In this document: positions 58,666-64,000 of the stretch, one piece after another
Layout: each line of letters opens with the position of its first letter
Position numbering within the stretch: position 1 is the stretch's first letter
DNA from: TPA_inf: Saccharomyces
Lineage: Eukaryota
Length of the DNA: 64,000 bases
NCBI GenBank assembly: GCA_000146045.2
Contig: BK006938.2
Span: 1,120,001-1,184,000 of the forward strand
Direction: 5' to 3'
Position numbers and translations under genes: made by a program
The notes under the pieces: generated by a model
What the model was told of the DNA's origin: nothing
Seen by the model: the letters and a program-made list of their open reading frames with translations, nothing else
Database searches by the model: none

Positions 58666-61260
58666 ATGACAGCACGTCGTTTGATTAATATAGTTCCTAA
58701 TACGTCTAAGCTAGACCCTTTAAAGGAGGAGGACTCAACGCATCTGAAACAAAATCAACCTAAGAAGTTTTCCACAAAGGAGTTGATGCTTTCAGAATAT
58801 ACCGAACGCAAAAGTTGCAGCCTTCCGTTGTCTAAATCCCGATCAGGCAGTAGTGCATCCAGTAGCACTACAGGTTCGAACGGAAAGAATATTGGAACAA
58901 GACGCCCTAGCTCCAACCTAGATTTCAATTTCGCTAGCCAAGATGTTGTTAAAAATGTATTAGGTAATAATAATCCACACGTACCCACAGCGAAGTGCAT
59001 TAGGCCAATATCAGATGATTCTATAGGTACATCGAGCACAGAGATATTTTCTTCATCGCACTCAAATACGACATCTGATTCTTTATGTACATCAGATATA
59101 AGCTCAGAAGAGGGTGAAATAGCAAACAGTAAGATGGAGGATAACTGCTTCTTCAAAAGTATGAGAGAAGCTGACCATAGAAGCAATATTACGCCCTTAA
59201 AGAAAAGCCGACCGGGATCAATACTACAGAAAACACGTACAGCAAGTAGCGCTGATAAAACAATCTGCTCAATGAGTACCATAACTACATGCATTCCATC
59301 TCGTCAAAATTCGGTGTCAACTCCTAAACTCTCCAGGACAGTAGGGCTGCCTGGATCGAGCAATACAACCAACAGTATAGCCGCATCACAAACTTCATTC
59401 ATAAGCGAGAATGACTCTCCTCTTAAACATCATTGCATGAGTACCGCAACTATCCAAGAACCAAAACTCATGCCGATCACAAAAACGCCGTATGTGCATT
59501 CCAATAGTACTTCTGTAATATTACCATATAAAACAACCCAACTTACTCCTTCTCAACGTTACCGTTTAAGGAAAGAGCAAAATGACCAATCTTTGCGTAA
59601 AGCCATAAAAATGAAAGAAAAATTTTATGAAGATCAAGACGTTAACTTGGAACTTCAAGAGGGCGATGTCGACGGCTCGTTAATTTGGAACATTCCAATG
59701 GCATCTTTATCGACCAGTTCTTTTTTAACATTATCTAAGTTTAATAGAAAAGAAATGAGTTTAGATTCAGCGCGGGGGGATGAAGAGATATTAATACAGG
59801 AGAACAATTGCGAAGGCAAACAACACTCATCTTCGGCTCTCTGTGTGGACAAAACTTTCCATCAGGTTCATAGTACTAGAAAACATACATCAAATTCAAG
59901 TAACACTTTAAAAGAATCATGTCTGGACTATAAGGAGCTTCCGCCAACATGCATTCCTGGTATATCTCCTGTGTCTGATTCACAGTACATCCAGGATACA
60001 ATGAAAAATCTCTCCCAAATATACCTGCATAGTTCCGAAAAAATCTCCAAAAGTATTCTTTCTGGTCGTTCAAGATCTGTACAGAGTTTACCACTGGAAT
60101 TTAAAGAAGCCAGTAGTCAGGGAATGGAAGACCTAATGCTAGTTTCAGAGGACAAACTAAAGGCCGTAAGTCATTTCCGTCCGAGTTGGCTCCCGCCCAA
60201 GGATTTCAAAGAGAGGAAATTGCAAGATAAACAAATCTACAAAAATATCGACTTAGCATCAATGGAAGAGTTGCAAAAAAATAAAGAACGTGACGAAAAA
60301 GCCAAAAAGAATGAGCAGAATAAGGTCAAATTCCAGCATTTACTGGACCGAGGCATTACTCGTAACTCGTCATTAAGTGAATTAAAGAAAATTATTTGGG
60401 AAACACCTTTGATATCTAAAGTACGGCTTCAAATATATAGTCAACTTCTACAAAGTGACAATTGCTTGATAACAAAATGTTTTATTGAATCATTTGAGGA
60501 AGTAATGCAGCTACTCAACAAAATGGATTTTCCCAAAGATAAAGAATTTGAAATAAGACAGCTTATTGAACACGATGTACAGGAAAAGGTTTTTTATAAA
60601 AATGGAACAGATAAGCAAGTGGTTTCTGACTTGATGCTATTACTGCAACTGAAATCTATATCTCAACAAGGTTTGGTTACTGGTGATGAGATGCTATTCT
60701 ACCATTTTTTAACTGATCAATCTTTTGGGACTTTGAAGGAAACATGGGAAATGGTCAACTTGATACAGATGACGTGCTTCAGTGAAATTTGCAAGGAAAA
60801 ATACGATTCAAGAATATTAAATCCCAGAGGAATTGTTGCCCATCTTTTACGAAAAGATGAGTTCAAAAATGAATTCAATGGCGGATGTTTGAATAGCAAT
60901 ACATGGTGGAACATATTGCAAAGAATGGACCATAAACTTTTTATGTGGGTAATGGATGTAATTATCGTTCATAATGGCCAAAACTTTGCAAACTACCCCG
61001 TAAAAATGGAAATATTCAAAGACAAAGTATGGGAATACTATAGATCTAAGAAGGTTATTGTAAATTATAAGATTTTGGTTTCACTAACAGTTAACGTATT
61101 GTTAAACTACCACTTCGGATATGATAATCTGAAACATTTATCAGATTTGGATGATAAGCATTTTTGTATTCCACTGTATACGGAGGATAGTATCGAAGAG
61201 GAAAACCTCAATAATATTTTCACAAAGTGGTGGTTGCACTACTACCGAAAATTACGTTAG
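58666..61260 (+). CDS. SBE2: Sbe2, a Golgi protein involved in bud growth and cell-wall component transport. Length 864 aa.
   Basis: 864 aa. The N-terminal half is Ser/Thr-rich and disordered, and the C-terminal half is structured. Matches YDR351W. Confidence 0.75.
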
Positions 61261-61800
61261 CGTGTATGTGGCACGTACTAAAAGTTTGGTGACCAGACTA
61301 TCTCTTCTTAAGTTCATTTTCACTCTGAAACTTATAAATGCATACATACAGAAATTACTTTCGATTAATATAATAATATATTTTTAATAAACAATGAACT
61401 AATGCCCTTATTGTGTTTTGTTATTAACCTTTTCATCACCATTTTTTTTTGCTAGCTTCTACGGCATTCACTTACGTGCTGCAAAATTTCGCAGCATGGA
61501 AGAAATTGTTCGCGAAGAAAAAAGATTTCGCTCAGTGATTTGTAGTGACAATAGGTACCAGTGTTATCACTAAGTATATCTTTTAGTATATCTCTTCGCT
61601 TGAGGAGGGATCAAAAAAAAACAAACGTAAACGTGCACATAAACGTCAAGTACTTTTTGCAGGCATTAATATTCGTCTCCAACAAAGACAAATAAAGAAG
61701 CAATCTTTTCATTACCTTAAGCCAGTATCTATTGATATCAATCGATAAGGTTCGTTGTTATCGGTGCTAAAAATTATAAAGTGAAAATAAGAATCTTTTC

Positions 61801-62754
61801 ATGTCGTGCTCAAACGGCATCTGGCCTACTGTATCTAATTTGTGCGGATCATTATCCTTCTTCACCTCTGTTATTTCATTGTTTCCACAAATAATTGAGA
61901 CTTATCGAGATAAATCTGTCGATGGGCTATCGCCATATTTTTTGCTGGCTTGGTTATGTGGGGATATTACCTCGCTGATAGGGGCAAAGCTAACAGGGCA
62001 ATTGTTATTTCAGATACTTTTAGCAATTTATTTTCTATTGAATGATTCTTTTGTATGTGGTCAATATTATTACTATGGCGTGCTGCATGAAAATAAATTG
62101 GCGACTGTCGGCCATGAGCCTAAACCTCTTCTTCCCGAACTGGTTGAAAATGGTGAGCTTTTGAGGGAGGAAGAGGACATGATACAAGGTGGTAGCAGTG
62201 CAGAAAGCCCTAGAAGCAGTAGAAGAAGGTCTGCCATTACAGCAGCCTTGGCTATAGCTCATACTATAAGTACAGCTAGCGCATATCCGCTAAATGTAGG
62301 CTCCACCCAATCACAAGTGGGGCCTCCCGGAGATGGTAAAAACAGCCAGCTGGGTACAATTTTATCTTGGATTGGCGCTTCCTTCTACGTAGGCGCACGT
62401 ATCCCACAACTAATCAAGAATTACAATAGAAAGTCTACAGACGGCTTATCTCCCTTCCTATTTGCTACTACACTACTCTGCAATATCACGTATAATTTGA
62501 GCATCTTCACAAGCTGTAGATTTTTAGATAATCAGAACAAGAGGGAATTCATCGTGAATGAGTTGCCCTTTATATTTGGAAGTGCTGGAACAATTGCGTT
62601 TGATTTGATATACTTCTACCAATACTATATCCTTTATGCAACTGATATGCAACTACGTGAACTGGAAAGAGAACTATACAGTCCTGAAGAAGACAGTGCA
62701 GCGCAACTAGTGACAGAACGTACATCACTGTTGTCTGGTGAAACGCAAACATAG
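61801..62754 (+). CDS. YPQ2: Ypq2, a vacuolar PQ-loop cationic amino-acid transporter. Length 317 aa.
   Basis: 317 aa with seven TM helices. Two PQ-loop motifs: LSPYFLLAWLCGDITSLIG, and the second repeat LSPFLFATTLLCNITYNLSIF. Confidence 0.8.
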   Translation: MSCSNGIWPTVSNLCGSLSFFTSVISLFPQIIETYRDKSVDGLSPYFLLAWLCGDITSLIGAKLTGQLLFQILLAIYFLLNDSFVCGQYYYYGVLHENKLATVGHEPKPLLPELVENGELLREEEDMIQGGSSAESPRSSRRRSAITAALAIAHTISTASAYPLNVGSTQSQVGPPGDGKNSQLGTILSWIGASFYVGARIPQLIKNYNRKSTDGLSPFLFATTLLCNITYNLSIFTSCRFLDNQNKREFIVNELPFIFGSAGTIAFDLIYFYQYYILYATDMQLRELERELYSPEEDSAAQLVTERTSLLSGETQT

Positions 62755-63106
62755 TTTTCCCTACGGAGTACTACCATTTATATTTAAACAATGCACTCTG
62801 CTCTTGGGATAGTCCTTGCGAGACCCTTTTTTCCCAATAGGAATACTACGTTCGTACTCTGTGTAAAAGTACCCAACTATAGTTAGCGCCAGTTTTACGT
62901 AAAACCGTCTATGTCTTGTTTGCATTCGCAACAGCTACAAACACATATAGTTTGTCACACTAATATTAATAATGAAAGTTATTATGTATTCACTGTGAAC
63001 GCTTCAGTATACAGTACGGCAGTAAGTGTTTCATTCTGTTCTGGATTAATAATCTTTCACTTTGCCTAGCCATTTGGGGGCGGGTTTTGGCTGGGTTAGC
63101 TTCTCC

Positions 63107-63113
63107 TTAGTCA
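63107..63113 (+). promoter_or_regulatory. Candidate Yap1 response element TTAGTCA (reverse complement TGACTAA), about 190 bp upstream of the TRR1 ATG. A GGGGCGGG GC box lies at 63076-63083.
   Basis: Exact match to a T(T/G)ACTAA-family Yap1 response element in the promoter of a known oxidative-stress gene. Confidence 0.45.
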
Positions 63114-63298
63114 TGGAGAAAAAAAATCGCCCGCAAGTATCTCGAAAAAGGAAAAAATGCCCACGCGTATAAGAGTGGACCCAACTGCTCGAGGTTTCAA
63201 GAGCTTGTAGATTAATTTCTGTAGTTCAGTTATACTTGCCTACAAGTGCTATACAGCAAATAGCGAACAGTACGAAAGTAAACATCATATTATCAATA

Positions 63299-64000
63299 AT
63301 GGTTCACAACAAAGTTACTATCATTGGTTCAGGTCCAGCTGCACACACCGCCGCCATCTATTTGGCCAGGGCAGAAATCAAGCCAATCCTATATGAAGGT
63401 ATGATGGCGAACGGTATTGCTGCCGGTGGCCAGCTAACCACCACTACAGAAATCGAAAACTTCCCAGGTTTCCCAGATGGTCTAACAGGTAGCGAACTGA
63501 TGGACAGAATGAGAGAACAATCCACGAAGTTTGGCACTGAAATTATCACGGAAACAGTTTCCAAAGTTGATCTGTCTTCCAAACCATTCAAGCTATGGAC
63601 CGAATTTAACGAAGACGCAGAACCTGTGACGACTGACGCTATAATCTTGGCCACAGGCGCTTCTGCTAAGAGAATGCATTTGCCGGGCGAGGAAACCTAC
63701 TGGCAAAAAGGTATTTCTGCCTGTGCCGTGTGTGATGGTGCCGTCCCCATTTTCAGAAACAAGCCATTGGCCGTCATTGGTGGTGGTGACTCTGCATGTG
63801 AAGAAGCTCAGTTCTTGACCAAGTACGGCTCAAAAGTGTTTATGCTTGTCAGAAAAGACCATTTGCGTGCTTCTACCATTATGCAAAAGCGTGCTGAGAA
63901 GAACGAAAAAATTGAAATCCTTTACAACACTGTTGCGCTAGAAGCTAAGGGGGATGGTAAATTATTGAATGCCTTGAGGATTAAGAACACTAAAAAGAAT
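63299..64000 (+). CDS. TRR1: Trr1, the cytoplasmic thioredoxin reductase. 5'-partial: the CDS continues beyond the window.
   Basis: [29 protein letters not shown]... with the FAD-binding GxGxxA motif and the redox-active CAVC motif ([14 protein letters not shown]) at 63721-63732. Confidence 0.9.
   Translation, partial: MVHNKVTIIGSGPAAHTAAIYLARAEIKPILYEGMMANGIAAGGQLTTTTEIENFPGFPDGLTGSELMDRMREQSTKFGTEIITETVSKVDLSSKPFKLWTEFNEDAEPVTTDAIILATGASAKRMHLPGEETYWQKGISACAVCDGAVPIFRNKPLAVIGGGDSACEEAQFLTKYGSKVFMLVRKDHLRASTIMQKRAEKNEKIEILYNTVALEAKGDGKLLNALRIKNTKKN

Overview
This window is nuclear DNA from Saccharomyces cerevisiae, chromosome IV right arm, running in chromosomal orientation from the 3' end of YCG1 (YDR325W) to the 5' part of TRR1 (YDR353W). 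I recognise about 29 protein-coding genes from their translated products and their systematic order: YSP2, SKP1, PEX3, UBX5, GPI8, IRC3, RQC1, SWR1, MSN5, MRX8, MRPS28, YDR338C (a MATE transporter), FCF1, YDR341C (arginyl-tRNA synthetase), the hexose-transporter cluster HXT7-HXT6-HXT3, SVF1, MRP1, PAL1, YPS7, ATP22, SBE2, YPQ2 and TRR1. There are two tRNA genes: an intron-containing tRNA-Ser(GCU) on the minus strand, and an elongator tRNA-Met(CAU) on the plus strand. Each tRNA has a solo Ty1/Ty2 delta LTR a short distance upstream, plus additional degenerate delta fragments. The supplied ORF track allows TTG starts, so several tracked ORFs carry spurious N-terminal extensions; I moved those starts to the first in-frame ATG that matches the known protein length. 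The most interesting structure is the HXT7/HXT6 tandem duplication (repeat units of about 1.9 kb, with a period of 5,392 bp). HXT3 shares long blocks of perfect identity with it, which looks like gene conversion. The cluster sits among unusually long ORF-free regulatory regions carrying Rgt1-type CGGANNA motif clusters and GC boxes. I see no evidence for a novel or undescribed system. Everything is consistent with well-characterised yeast biology, and there are no CRISPR arrays or prokaryotic features.
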